NCBI GenBank assembly: GCA_043784265.1
Contig: JAYVYN010000024.1
Span: 2,621 to 66,620 of the forward strand
Direction: 5' to 3'
From: Gammaproteobacteria bacterium
Lineage (GTDB): Bacteria > Pseudomonadota > Gammaproteobacteria > Steroidobacterales > Steroidobacteraceae
Length of the DNA stretch: 64,000 nt
In this document: piece after piece, positions 19,686 through 28,650 of the stretch
Numbering within the stretch: the first letter of the stretch is position 1
Layout: every line of letters begins with the position of its first letter
The notes under the pieces: generated by a model
What the model was told of the DNA's origin: nothing
Database searches by the model: none
The model's input: only the letters and a program-made list of their open reading frames with translations
Program-made: the position numbers and the translations under genes

Positions 19686-20339
19686 ATGAATAAATTAGGT
19701 TTGGGCTTAATACTAGCCGCTGCAGTACTTCTTTCCGGTTGCGGCTACAATGCCCTCCAAGTCCAGGACGAGCAGGTAAAATCCGCCTGGTCCGAAGTCA
19801 TTAATCAATATCAACGCCGTTCCGATTTGATCCCTAACCTCGTCAATACGGTTAAAGGATACGCGACTCAAGAACAACAAGTGTTGCTCGGTGTCACCCA
19901 GGCCCGCGCTAAAGTGGGTTCTATCCAGGCGACTCCCGAATTGGTTAACAATCCGGAGGCGTTTGCCAAATTCCAGGCGGCTCAAGGCGAGCTGTCCAGT
20001 GCACTGTCCCGCCTCTTGGTGGTGACCGAGAACTACCCACAATTAAAATCGGACCAAAATTTCCGTGATCTGCAGGCGCAATTAGAGGGTACTGAAAATC
20101 GTATCACCGTGGCGCGTAATCGATATATTCAGGCCGTTCAGGGTTACAACGTGACGGTACGGGAATTCCCGGGCAACCTGACGGCTATGATATTTGGTTA
20201 TAAAATCAAGCCCAATTTTACGGTCGAGAATGAGGCGACCATTGCTAAGCCGCCCACTGTGGATTTCGGTGCAGCCACCGCACCGCCGGCCGCCACGCCA
20301 CCCGCGGCTACGACCTCGCCCACGGCTCCGGCTCGTTAA
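19686..20339 (+). CDS. lemA: LemA family protein
   Basis: N-terminal lipobox/transmembrane segment and the LemA signature (YNALQ...WSEVINQYQRRSDLIPNLV). Confidence 0.9.
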   Translation: MNKLGLGLILAAAVLLSGCGYNALQVQDEQVKSAWSEVINQYQRRSDLIPNLVNTVKGYATQEQQVLLGVTQARAKVGSIQATPELVNNPEAFAKFQAAQGELSSALSRLLVVTENYPQLKSDQNFRDLQAQLEGTENRITVARNRYIQAVQGYNVTVREFPGNLTAMIFGYKIKPNFTVENEATIAKPPTVDFGAATAPPAATPPAATTSPTAPAR

Positions 20340-20354
20340 AGTCGCGTCGCAGTC

Positions 20355-21236
20355 TTGCTCAAAATTTCCCGCGCCGTTAATTGTGTAGGGTTTGCCCTGC
20401 TGGCGGCGCTGTGGATGCGCGGGGCGCAGGCCGAGGTCGCGGTTCCGCCCCTTACCGCTCGGATCATGGATATGACGGGCACGTTATCTGGGGAGGCGGT
20501 CGCCCGTATCGAAAGCCAACTAACTCAGTTCGAGACCACCAAGGGCAGCCAGATTGCAGTGCTCGTGGTGTCGACTACTCAGCCCGAAGAGATTGAGCAG
20601 TTTAGTATTCGGGTCGCCGATACGTGGAAAGTCGGACGCAAGAAGATCGACGATGGGGCGATATTGGTTATTGCCAAGGATGATCGACGGGTGCGAATTG
20701 AAGTGGGCCGCGGCTTAGAAGGCGCGCTGCCCGATGCGATTGCGAATCGCATCATTCAAGAAAACATCACTCCACATTTTAAGCTCGGTGACTACGATGG
20801 GGGCGTGAGCGAAGGCGTTACTAAAATTCTTTCGGTGGTCAACGGCGAACCGTTGCCCGAGCCTGACCATAAATGGGAGCGTCGCGGTAGTGGACTTGGC
20901 AATATGTTGCCGCTACTGCTGGTGGTCGTGTTTGTGGCGAGCGGCGTGCTGCGAGCTCTTTTCGGTCATTTGTTCGGATCGGTAGCAACGGGCGGCATCA
21001 CCGGTGTAATCGCGTTTTTTCTGAGCCATTTCTTGCCTATAGGATTGGGCGCCGGGTTATTGGCATTTGTGTTTGCGCTGTTGATGGGATCGACACGCGG
21101 TTGGTCGAGTAGTGGGGGTGGGTTCGGTGGCTGGGGCGGAATCGGCGGCGGCGGTGGAGGCGGTGGCTTCGGCGGCGGTGGCTTTGGCGGTGGCGGTGGT
21201 GGCTTCGGCGGCGGCGGCGCCTCTGGCGGTTGGTAA
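20355..21236 (+). CDS. TPM-domain (YgcG-like) membrane protein with a poly-Gly C-terminal tail
   Basis: TPM phosphatase-like domain (QIAVLVV...RIEVGRGLEG), transmembrane segments, and a GGFGG repeat tail. Confidence 0.8.
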   Translation: MLKISRAVNCVGFALLAALWMRGAQAEVAVPPLTARIMDMTGTLSGEAVARIESQLTQFETTKGSQIAVLVVSTTQPEEIEQFSIRVADTWKVGRKKIDDGAILVIAKDDRRVRIEVGRGLEGALPDAIANRIIQENITPHFKLGDYDGGVSEGVTKILSVVNGEPLPEPDHKWERRGSGLGNMLPLLLVVVFVASGVLRALFGHLFGSVATGGITGVIAFFLSHFLPIGLGAGLLAFVFALLMGSTRGWSSSGGGFGGWGGIGGGGGGGGFGGGGFGGGGGGFGGGGASGGW

Positions 21237-21742
21237 TGGCTATTGGGCGCTTACTACGGCATGCATCATCCGCTCATTGGCGAACGCGCATGCTATTTCC
21301 GAGCGCAACGCTCGACGTAATCGAGACGGCCGTGACGGCAGCTGAACGTACGCATTCGGGCGAGATTCGTTTCGCGGTGGAGACTGCATTGACTCCTTGG
21401 CATGTGTTGCACGGGATGATGCCGCGTACTCGCGCTCTGGAGGTGTTCTCATATCTCAGAGTGTGGGACACCGAACTAAATAACGGTGTGCTGATTTATG
21501 TACAGTTAGCAGATCGGCATGTAGAAATAGTGGCCGATCGCGGCTTCCAGGGTCGAGTGCCCGCGGCAGAGTGGCAAGCCGTGTGCCGGGTTATGGAGGA
21601 GCATTTCCGTGCGGGTCGATATCAGAATGGCTCAGTGGCCGGAGTTGAGGCGGTGGGTAGGATTTTGGCGCATCAATTTCCGCTACAACCGGGTAGCTTG
21701 CGGCAGCACAATCAATTGCCTGACCGTCCCACTCTGCTGTAG
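21236..21742 (+). CDS. TPM-domain protein
   Basis: ATG overlaps the upstream TAA (TAATG). GEIRFAVE...VLIYVQLADRHVEIVADRG is typical of the third gene in lemA-TPM-TPM operons. Confidence 0.75.
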   Translation: MAIGRLLRHASSAHWRTRMLFPSATLDVIETAVTAAERTHSGEIRFAVETALTPWHVLHGMMPRTRALEVFSYLRVWDTELNNGVLIYVQLADRHVEIVADRGFQGRVPAAEWQAVCRVMEEHFRAGRYQNGSVAGVEAVGRILAHQFPLQPGSLRQHNQLPDRPTLL

Positions 21743-21751
21743 GGGTTACGA

Positions 21752-22975
21752 ATGACGGTTAATTTCCTTAGGTACACGCGTACATCCTTGTTTGTGAGTG
21801 CGGGGATTTTCGCTGTAAGCCTGGGTACAGTTTTAAGTGGATGTTCGTTATTTAAGCCAGCGATCGTGAAGCCAGCGCTGGTCGTCGTGGCACCCCCCCC
21901 TGCACCGGAATTGCCGACCCCGGCGGCGACGCATCATTTTGTGATCGAGCCTGCAAATAGCGAAGTGGTGGGTTACGTGCAGCGGACGCGAGTGGGCAAG
22001 GAAGATACCTTGCCGGATATTGCTCGGCGTTTTGATGTGGGCTACGAAGAATTGTTGCTGGCGAATCCTGGTGTCGATCCGTGGTTGCCGGGCGTAGGCC
22101 GCGAAGTCGTCGTGCCGACGCAATTTGTGTTGCCTTCCGCACCGCATGAGGGAGTGGTAGTGAACGTTGCGGCGATGCGCATTTTTTATTATCCGCCGCA
22201 TAAAAAATCCGAGCCGCAAACGGTATTTACGCATCCTATTGGCATCGGTAAAGTGGGTTGGAAGACGCCCGAGGGCACCACCAAAATTGTCAGTCGACAA
22301 AAAGATCCCGTGTGGGTGGTGCCCAAATCCGTGCGTGATGAACACGCCGAGAACGGCGATGTGTTGCCCGCCAAGGTGCCGGCGGGGCCGGATAATCCAC
22401 TGGGGCAGTATATGTTTAGACTAGGTTGGCCCAGTTATTTGATTCATGGCACGAATAAGCCCTATGGTGTCGGTATGCGCTCAAGTCACGGCTGCATGCG
22501 CTTATACCCGGAAGACATCGCGGTATTTTTTGATTTGATTCCCGTAGGCACCCCGGTGACGGTAGTTAATCAGCCGTACCTGTTTGGGTGGAGTGGCGGT
22601 ACGCTGTATTTACAGGCCTATGGCGTGCTTGAAGATGATTCGCGCGACTGGAGTCGTAATCGCAAACGGCTGCTCGCGCAAATGTTGAATCCCAAACTAG
22701 GCAAGAAAATTGCCGTGCATGAAAAGGAAATCGATTGGCAGCGGGTGGGCGAAATGGCGCGTGCGCCGCGGGCGATTCCGGTGGCCATCACCGGACACGG
22801 GGACGCTATTGAAAAAGTGGTGGCCTCCGCTCGTTTGGTTACCAATGCGCTACCGACCGGGTCTAATTGGGATGGTAAGACAGGATTATTGGTGGACGAG
22901 AAAACTTTTAAGGACTTGCTCGGTGGGCGCACGCAAGCGTCGCAGCCGGAGTCTTCTCTTAAGCCTTCACCCTAA
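21752..22975 (+). CDS. L,D-transpeptidase (YkuD domain) with LysM domain, lipoprotein-type signal
   Basis: Lipobox LSGC, LysM (VGKEDTLPDIARRFDVGYEELLLANP) and catalytic HGTN...SHGCMRL. Confidence 0.85.
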   Translation: MTVNFLRYTRTSLFVSAGIFAVSLGTVLSGCSLFKPAIVKPALVVVAPPPAPELPTPAATHHFVIEPANSEVVGYVQRTRVGKEDTLPDIARRFDVGYEELLLANPGVDPWLPGVGREVVVPTQFVLPSAPHEGVVVNVAAMRIFYYPPHKKSEPQTVFTHPIGIGKVGWKTPEGTTKIVSRQKDPVWVVPKSVRDEHAENGDVLPAKVPAGPDNPLGQYMFRLGWPSYLIHGTNKPYGVGMRSSHGCMRLYPEDIAVFFDLIPVGTPVTVVNQPYLFGWSGGTLYLQAYGVLEDDSRDWSRNRKRLLAQMLNPKLGKKIAVHEKEIDWQRVGEMARAPRAIPVAITGHGDAIEKVVASARLVTNALPTGSNWDGKTGLLVDEKTFKDLLGGRTQASQPESSLKPSP

Positions 22976-22990
22976 ATTTTGCATTGCATA

Positions 22991-24889
22991 ATGCGAGCGG
23001 TTTTTAGGGCCTTAATCTTCATAGGTGCGGCAGCCCACGCGGATGCGCCCATCGAGGGCCATGATTATCATTCTTTTGCCAACGTGGATCAGTTTCGGGT
23101 AGTGCACTTGGATCTTGCGTTGGACGTAGATTTTAAAGAGCATGTGTTACGCGGTAGCGTCACTCTTGAAATTAAGCGACTTGATCCGCACGCCACTCAG
23201 CTCGTCTTGGATACTCGCGAGTTGCACATCAGTAGCGTCACTCAACAGAGCACTGACGTCACTGGGGCAACCAGCGCCACTAGCGCAATGGAACCGATCT
23301 GGGTGAGTCGGCCGTTTCAGAGCGGTCGAACCGATCCCATTTTGGGGAGTCCGCTGATCATTGAACTGCCACGCTCCGCGCGCGCGATGGAGTTCATTAA
23401 AATCGAGTACGAAACCTCGCCGGCTGCAACGGCATTGCAATGGTTGTCACCACCGCAAACCGCTGGCAAGCACCAGCCCTTCTTGTACACTCAGTTTGAG
23501 CCGACGGGTACGCGTAGCTGGATCCCGTTACAAGATACTCCCCAGGTGCGGGTGACCTACCGCGCGGTTATTCAAACGCCCGATGAGTTATTGGCAGTCA
23601 TGAGTGCTCAAAACGACCCTAAAGCTAAGCACACCGGCGAATTTGAATTTGCCATGTCTAAGCCGGTGGCTTCGTACTTGATTGCGCTAGCCGTGGGTGA
23701 TTTGAAATTCAAAGCGACCGGGGCGCGGACCGGTGTGTATGCGGAGGGCGGGCAGGTGAAAGCGGCGGCGCTAGCATTTGCAGATACCGAAGCCATGCTG
23801 CAAGTCTCGACCAAACTATTGGGTCCTTATCGCTGGGAGCGGTATGACATTGTAGTGCTTCCTCCTGGTTATCCTGGAAGTGGCATGCAATATCCGCGCT
23901 TGTCGTTCATGCCAGCGACCCTGTCACGCCCTGAAGAGGCACAGGTGTTGGCATACCCAATGGCGCATTCTTGGTCGGGTAATCTTGTGACCAACGCTAC
24001 CTGGGGCGATGTGTGGCTCAACGAAGGCGTTAGTAGTTATCTTGAGAGTCGCATCGTTGAGGCGGTTGAAGGTCAGCAGCGTGCGTCTATGGAGGCGGTA
24101 TTGGGTTTAGCGTCGTTGCGTGAGGAACTAGTGACCCTAAAAGAGGTCGTTAACGCTAACGACAGTTTATTGGCGGTTGATATGCGCGCGCGTGATCCCC
24201 GGGCGGCGTATACCCCGGTAGCGTCCGAAAAAGGTCGACTATTCTTAAAATACCTGGAAATTAGAGTGGGCCGCGTTGGTTTTGATGAATTCTTACGCGC
24301 TTATTTCGATAAGTTTCAGTTTCAGAGTCTTACAACAGAACAATTTTTAGCTTATTTGCAGGAAAATTTACTCAGTCAGTTCCCCGCCGCGGTAAATCAT
24401 AGTCAGTTAATGGCGTGGTTCACGGAACCCGGCATACCCGCAGATGCCGTTATACCCGCAGGCGATGTATTCATCAGCGTTGATACGATTCGAGTAGCGT
24501 GGCTTGCAAATACAACACTCCTTCCATTGGACCTCGCTCACTGGGTAACGCCCGAGTGGTTGCATTTCTTCAAGTTGCTACCCGTACATTTGAGCGCGCT
24601 GCAAATGACGCAACTGGAGCGGGCTTTAGTCGCAAGTCGAAATCGTAGCCCAGAGGTTGAACAAGCGTGGCTGATGTTAGTGATCCGCAATGACTACGCG
24701 CCAGGGTTTGCGCGCTTGCATGCCTACCTTAAAAGCATTTGCCGTATCAAGTGGGTTCAACCCCTGTACGTCGCGCTGCTGCAAACTCCCGCGCATAAAG
24801 AATTTGCGAAACGCGTGTATTCAGAGGCGCGTCCCGGCTATCATTCGGATACGGTGACGGCTATAGATGCGATAACCAATGACAAGTGA
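22991..24889 (+). CDS. Secreted M1-family (leukotriene-A4-hydrolase/aminopeptidase-like) protein with degenerate active site, a probable pseudoenzyme
   Basis: Full-length collinearity with LTA4H. However GGMEN is SGMQY (23879-23893), HExxH is YPMAH (23954-23968) and PYEKG is ASEKG. WLNEG is retained. Confidence 0.8.
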   Translation: MRAVFRALIFIGAAAHADAPIEGHDYHSFANVDQFRVVHLDLALDVDFKEHVLRGSVTLEIKRLDPHATQLVLDTRELHISSVTQQSTDVTGATSATSAMEPIWVSRPFQSGRTDPILGSPLIIELPRSARAMEFIKIEYETSPAATALQWLSPPQTAGKHQPFLYTQFEPTGTRSWIPLQDTPQVRVTYRAVIQTPDELLAVMSAQNDPKAKHTGEFEFAMSKPVASYLIALAVGDLKFKATGARTGVYAEGGQVKAAALAFADTEAMLQVSTKLLGPYRWERYDIVVLPPGYPGSGMQYPRLSFMPATLSRPEEAQVLAYPMAHSWSGNLVTNATWGDVWLNEGVSSYLESRIVEAVEGQQRASMEAVLGLASLREELVTLKEVVNANDSLLAVDMRARDPRAAYTPVASEKGRLFLKYLEIRVGRVGFDEFLRAYFDKFQFQSLTTEQFLAYLQENLLSQFPAAVNHSQLMAWFTEPGIPADAVIPAGDVFISVDTIRVAWLANTTLLPLDLAHWVTPEWLHFFKLLPVHLSALQMTQLERALVASRNRSPEVEQAWLMLVIRNDYAPGFARLHAYLKSICRIKWVQPLYVALLQTPAHKEFAKRVYSEARPGYHSDTVTAIDAITNDK

Positions 24890-24996
24890 ATGGATGAAGG
24901 TGATGCTCGAGGAGATTTCGCGCAAGGAAACAGAAAGTAACCAGGCGCAAATCGAAGAGCGGCTGCGCGCCGCGGATGCGGAGGTACCCTCGAGTG

Positions 24997-26556
24997 ATGT
25001 TGAGTAGCCTAGGTATCCAGGTCGAGGAGGGACTTGGCCCCGATCAAGTGATTACGCCCATGCGCACGGCGCTGACCGCATTCGTGGGGCGTACCTTGCG
25101 CGGTCCGGTCAATAGGCCTGTTACGGTTACTAGTTTCTCTCAGTTCCAACAAGTTTTCGGCGGCTTGTGGCAGCCCGGCTTATTATCGTACGCGGTTGAG
25201 CAATATTTCGACAATGGTGGTCGTGAAGCCATTGTTGTGCGTGTGGTCAATGGTGCAACCGCGGCGACGATGAGCTTGGCTGCGGGTACTGAAAAGCTCA
25301 CGCTGCGGGCGGTGCGTCCGGGTACGCGTGAGTTTTTAAGGGCTAGTGTGGACTACGACAATATCCTGCTCGACAATGTTTTTGAGTTTAATCTCTTAGT
25401 GCAGCGCGTACGTCTGCAAGGCACCGAGCAAGTTGAGGACCAGGAGAGCTTTCAACAAGTATCGTTATTGCCGACGTCGGAGCGTTACTTGCTCAGAGTT
25501 TTGACTGAGTCGGAGTTAGTGCGTGTGCAAGGCATTTTGCCAGCTTTGCGACCCGATCGAACTTTAGACCCGAATAGTGGACTCGCGACGCGTTATGCTT
25601 TTTCTAACTCGGATGGCGACGATGGAGCGCCGCTGACGGACTACGATCTGATCGGTTCGGCACTCGATAAGACGGGATTGTTTGCGTTGACACAGGTCGA
25701 GCAATTCAATTTATTATGTATACCACCGCCGACGCGCGAAACCGATGTGGGACCTAGCGCATTGTTAGTGGCTGCGCGTTTTTGCCGCGAGCGCCGAGCG
25801 ATGTTGATAGTCGATCCGCCCTGTGCTTGGGCAACTGCCGACGATGCGCTGCGTGGCATGCGCCGATGGGATTTTTACGACGAAAACACGCTGATGCATT
25901 TTCCGCGTATTTTGGCCTACGATAAGCTGCGCGCACGCTTTGAGGCATTTGCCTCTTGTGGTGCGGTGGCGGGAATGTTGGCGCGTGCCGATGCCAGCGA
26001 GTCAGGGTGGTCGCCGGCTAGAATAGAAGAGGTCGCGCTACGTCCTGGCTTCCGCTTAAGTTGTTTGGTGACTGAAGAGGCCCGGGCTAAATTGGCGGCG
26101 CGTGGCGTCAATACTCTGCAAGTGGTACGTGCGGGGGTAAAAAATGGCGTGCCGCTCCGTACCTTGACGCCGAGCACTGGCTATTCCTCGGAATGGAAAT
26201 CACTGGCGGCACGGCGTCTGGCGCTGTACATCGTCAATAGTCTAGAACATGGCACTCGTTGGGTAGTATTAGCCCCGCAACCTGCCAAAGTCGCCGCGGC
26301 GGTTGAGCTCCAAGTGCGCGCGTTTTTTGTGGATCTGTACGCGGCGGGCGCATTTGGTGACCGCCATCTTGAGGACGCTTATTTTGTCAATTGTGACCAA
26401 GACAATCATCGTCTGCTTGCCGATCCGCATGAGTTTCAATTGCTAATCGGTTTTACGGCTGAACGCGCGTCCGATGAATTTCATGGTTTTCGTATTGCCC
26501 ATTCCCCGACGGGCAGCAAGGTGTCGGCGGTGAATGCCAGTCTGTACCGATCATGA
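24997..26556 (+). CDS. Phage/contractile-injection-system tail sheath family protein (orphan)
   Basis: N-terminus GIQVEE..TALTAFVGRT..PVTVTSFSQFQQVFGG..YAVEQYFDNGGREAIVVRV and C-terminus GVNTLQ...RRLALYIVNSLEHGTRWVVL..EDAYFVNCD match conserved sheath blocks. Start could instead be 24976. Confidence 0.8.
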   Translation: MLSSLGIQVEEGLGPDQVITPMRTALTAFVGRTLRGPVNRPVTVTSFSQFQQVFGGLWQPGLLSYAVEQYFDNGGREAIVVRVVNGATAATMSLAAGTEKLTLRAVRPGTREFLRASVDYDNILLDNVFEFNLLVQRVRLQGTEQVEDQESFQQVSLLPTSERYLLRVLTESELVRVQGILPALRPDRTLDPNSGLATRYAFSNSDGDDGAPLTDYDLIGSALDKTGLFALTQVEQFNLLCIPPPTRETDVGPSALLVAARFCRERRAMLIVDPPCAWATADDALRGMRRWDFYDENTLMHFPRILAYDKLRARFEAFASCGAVAGMLARADASESGWSPARIEEVALRPGFRLSCLVTEEARAKLAARGVNTLQVVRAGVKNGVPLRTLTPSTGYSSEWKSLAARRLALYIVNSLEHGTRWVVLAPQPAKVAAAVELQVRAFFVDLYAAGAFGDRHLEDAYFVNCDQDNHRLLADPHEFQLLIGFTAERASDEFHGFRIAHSPTGSKVSAVNASLYRS

Positions 26557-27062
26557 GCAATCTCCATATTGTGTTTTCGCACGGTAAGGAAACTGGTCCT
26601 TGGGGTTCGAAAATTACCAGCATGGCGAAAGTAGCCCGCGCGCTAGGGCTAGGCGTTGATTCGGTGGATTACCACGGTATTGAGAACCCGTTAGAGCGGG
26701 TTGACAAGCTGCTGGAATTCGGCGCGCGCAGCACGGCTCCGTTGTTACTCGTGGGATCGAGTATGGGTGGGTATGTGTCGGCAGCGGCGGCGGCACGCTT
26801 AAATGCGCGCGCACTATTTTTGCTAGCGCCCGCCTTTTATATGCCGGATTTTGAGTCGTTCACCCCTCAGGACGTTACCTGCCCGACGGCAATTGTGCAT
26901 GGGTGGGGTGATGAGGTGGTACCGGTGCAGAATAGCATTCGCTGGGCCCGCGAACACTTAGCCACTCTCTACGTGTTGGACTCGGACCATCGATTGCAAG
27001 ATAAGATCGAGCCCATTTGTGAACTATTTAAGGCTTTTTTACAAGTTCACTCGGCAGCATAG
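26553..27062 (+). CDS. Small alpha/beta-fold serine hydrolase (YqiA-like esterase)
   Basis: GSSMGG nucleophile elbow, HGWGDEVVP (Asp) and DSDHRL (His). ATGA overlap with the sheath gene stop. Confidence 0.7.
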   Translation: MSNLHIVFSHGKETGPWGSKITSMAKVARALGLGVDSVDYHGIENPLERVDKLLEFGARSTAPLLLVGSSMGGYVSAAAAARLNARALFLLAPAFYMPDFESFTPQDVTCPTAIVHGWGDEVVPVQNSIRWAREHLATLYVLDSDHRLQDKIEPICELFKAFLQVHSAA

Positions 27063-27918
27063 CCGCCTGATGTGCGGCGAGTGCAAGTTCGCGCAAACTT
27101 TCGCCCAATTGTTCGCCGCAGCGTTTGCCCATGGCTTCAAACCCCGCCCCCATGGCTTCGATATTTGCATTGACATAACTTTTGCCGGCCACCGATTCTA
27201 AGAAAGAGAGTAGTTTCTTAAGCTCCGCATCGCTCAAATCTCGATAGCCGTAGGCCATATAACTACGCAAGGGATCGTTCATGTTCTGTTCCATATCCTG
27301 GCGCGTGGCTTCGCTTGATTTGCGCGCTCGGTCGTCGGCCGCAATGGGGTCACGTCCTGAGCCTATGGCGGTCCCGACCGCCACCGCTCGTCCCATTCTT
27401 AAGAATATGTTAACCGTCGATTCGGTGGAACGCGTGGCCTTCGCCAATTTAACCATGAGGGCATCCCGTGATGGAGTTGACGGCGCGGCCAGTTGTCCAT
27501 TCATCGCTTTGTCGATGCTGGCTTCGGGTAGTTTAGAGAGTGCAAGATCAGCTACCACCATGTGCTGGCCTGCCTCGCTGTTGAGAAACGCCAGAGTTTT
27601 CTTGACGCTATTGGCATCCATATTTGCGGCTAAGGCTACGAGTGCCGGCGGTTCAAAATTGTAAATACGAAAGCCGTGTTCGGCCGCCGTGGAGATGGCG
27701 CCGAGCTGCGAGTCGGTGAGTGCAGTCGCGGAATCAGCGGAAAACATCTGGCGAATGCGTTCGGGCATTGATCCTAAAGTGGCACGGACTTGTTCGCGTA
27801 TTTCAGCCGCCTGGTAGACCTGAGCCGCCGTATCGATGTCGATACCACCGCCGCCAACACCAACACCATAGGCTGAAGTGGCCAACATCATGAGTAACAT
27901 AAAACGCTGCATGAACAA
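27028..27918 (-). CDS. Secreted hypothetical protein, possibly a tandem DUF2059-like protein
   Basis: Signal peptide and two FL(N/E)SxAGxxxV motifs reminiscent of DUF2059. Confidence 0.4.
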   Translation of the reverse strand: MFMQRFMLLMMLATSAYGVGVGGGGIDIDTAAQVYQAAEIREQVRATLGSMPERIRQMFSADSATALTDSQLGAISTAAEHGFRIYNFEPPALVALAANMDANSVKKTLAFLNSEAGQHMVVADLALSKLPEASIDKAMNGQLAAPSTPSRDALMVKLAKATRSTESTVNIFLRMGRAVAVGTAIGSGRDPIAADDRARKSSEATRQDMEQNMNDPLRSYMAYGYRDLSDAELKKLLSFLESVAGKSYVNANIEAMGAGFEAMGKRCGEQLGESLRELALAAHQAAMLPSELVKKP

Positions 27919-27991
27919 TCTCCAGGTGACTTAAGCCTCAGGGCAATTGTACACTCAACCTCCCAGCGAGCTGCCAAACGGAAGGTTTCTA

Positions 27992-28234
27992 ATGTACAAG
28001 GCTTATTTTCTGTGCGCGGCTATGCCGCTATTTGTTAGCGGTGGATGTACCGCTAAGCCGGCCCCTGAGCCTCCCGCACGCGCGGCTCCTTCCTCGCGTC
28101 CACAAGCGACCGTATTCGATCCGCTCACCCAAGATATTGACCGAGCCCGCCAAGTGCAGGGTACTGTGGATCAAAGTGCCGAGAGCGCGCGTAAGGCCGT
28201 GGATGCGCAAGAGCGCGGTGAAGCATCGCCTTAA
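27992..28234 (+). CDS. Small lipoprotein (hypothetical)
   Basis: Lipobox FVSGGC after a hydrophobic N-terminus. Start trimmed to MYKAYF. Confidence 0.4.
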   Translation: MYKAYFLCAAMPLFVSGGCTAKPAPEPPARAAPSSRPQATVFDPLTQDIDRARQVQGTVDQSAESARKAVDAQERGEASP

Positions 28235-28650
28235 TTCCAACTTCCGCCGCGCCCTTGTTTGGTACTACCGCGACGCTTTTTGGAATCAATTCGGCGCTCT
28301 TTGGATGCCAGGGTAGGGCGGGTTTTCTTGCGAATTTTAGGAACTACCATCGCAGCGCGAATCAAGCCTTCCAGTCGCTCAAGGGCATCGCGTCGGTTTT
28401 GCTCCTGGCTGCGTTCGCTGCGCGCGCTCAGTAAAATAGTCCCATCGAGCAATAATTTTTGGCCCGCTAAGCGTCGCAACCGATTTCTAACCGCGACCGG
28501 TAGGCTGATATTCTGTGGCAACAAGAAGCGCAGCTGCACGGCGCTCGATACCTTGTTGACATTTTGGCCGCCGGGTCCCGAGGAGCGAATAAATTTCCAC
28601 TCCAGCTCGTCATCACCCACCACGATGTCAGGCGTCAGTACAAGCGGCAA
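28231..28650 (-). CDS. arfB: Alternative ribosome-rescue factor ArfB (peptidyl-tRNA hydrolase, YaeJ)
   Basis: GPGGQNVNKVSSAVQLRF GGQ motif and a basic C-terminal tail. Confidence 0.9.
   Translation of the reverse strand: MPLVLTPDIVVGDDELEWKFIRSSGPGGQNVNKVSSAVQLRFLLPQNISLPVAVRNRLRRLAGQKLLLDGTILLSARSERSQEQNRRDALERLEGLIRAAMVVPKIRKKTRPTLASKERRIDSKKRRGSTKQGRGGSWN

Noticed and set aside
21112-21233. GGC/GGT repeat tract at the 3' end of the TPM gene, and the overlapping alternative-frame ORF 21112-21345
   Set aside because: A Gly-rich C-terminal tail is a common feature of YgcG/TPM proteins as recalled. The alternative frame is a by-product of the repeat.
24976-27062. Prophage, eCIS or T6SS locus around the sheath gene
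   Set aside because: No tube, baseplate, spike, tape-measure, terminase, capsid, integrase, ClpV/TssBC-like partners or att-like repeats occur anywhere in the window. The flanking genes are ordinary envelope and housekeeping genes. Only the single sheath homologue is phage-like.
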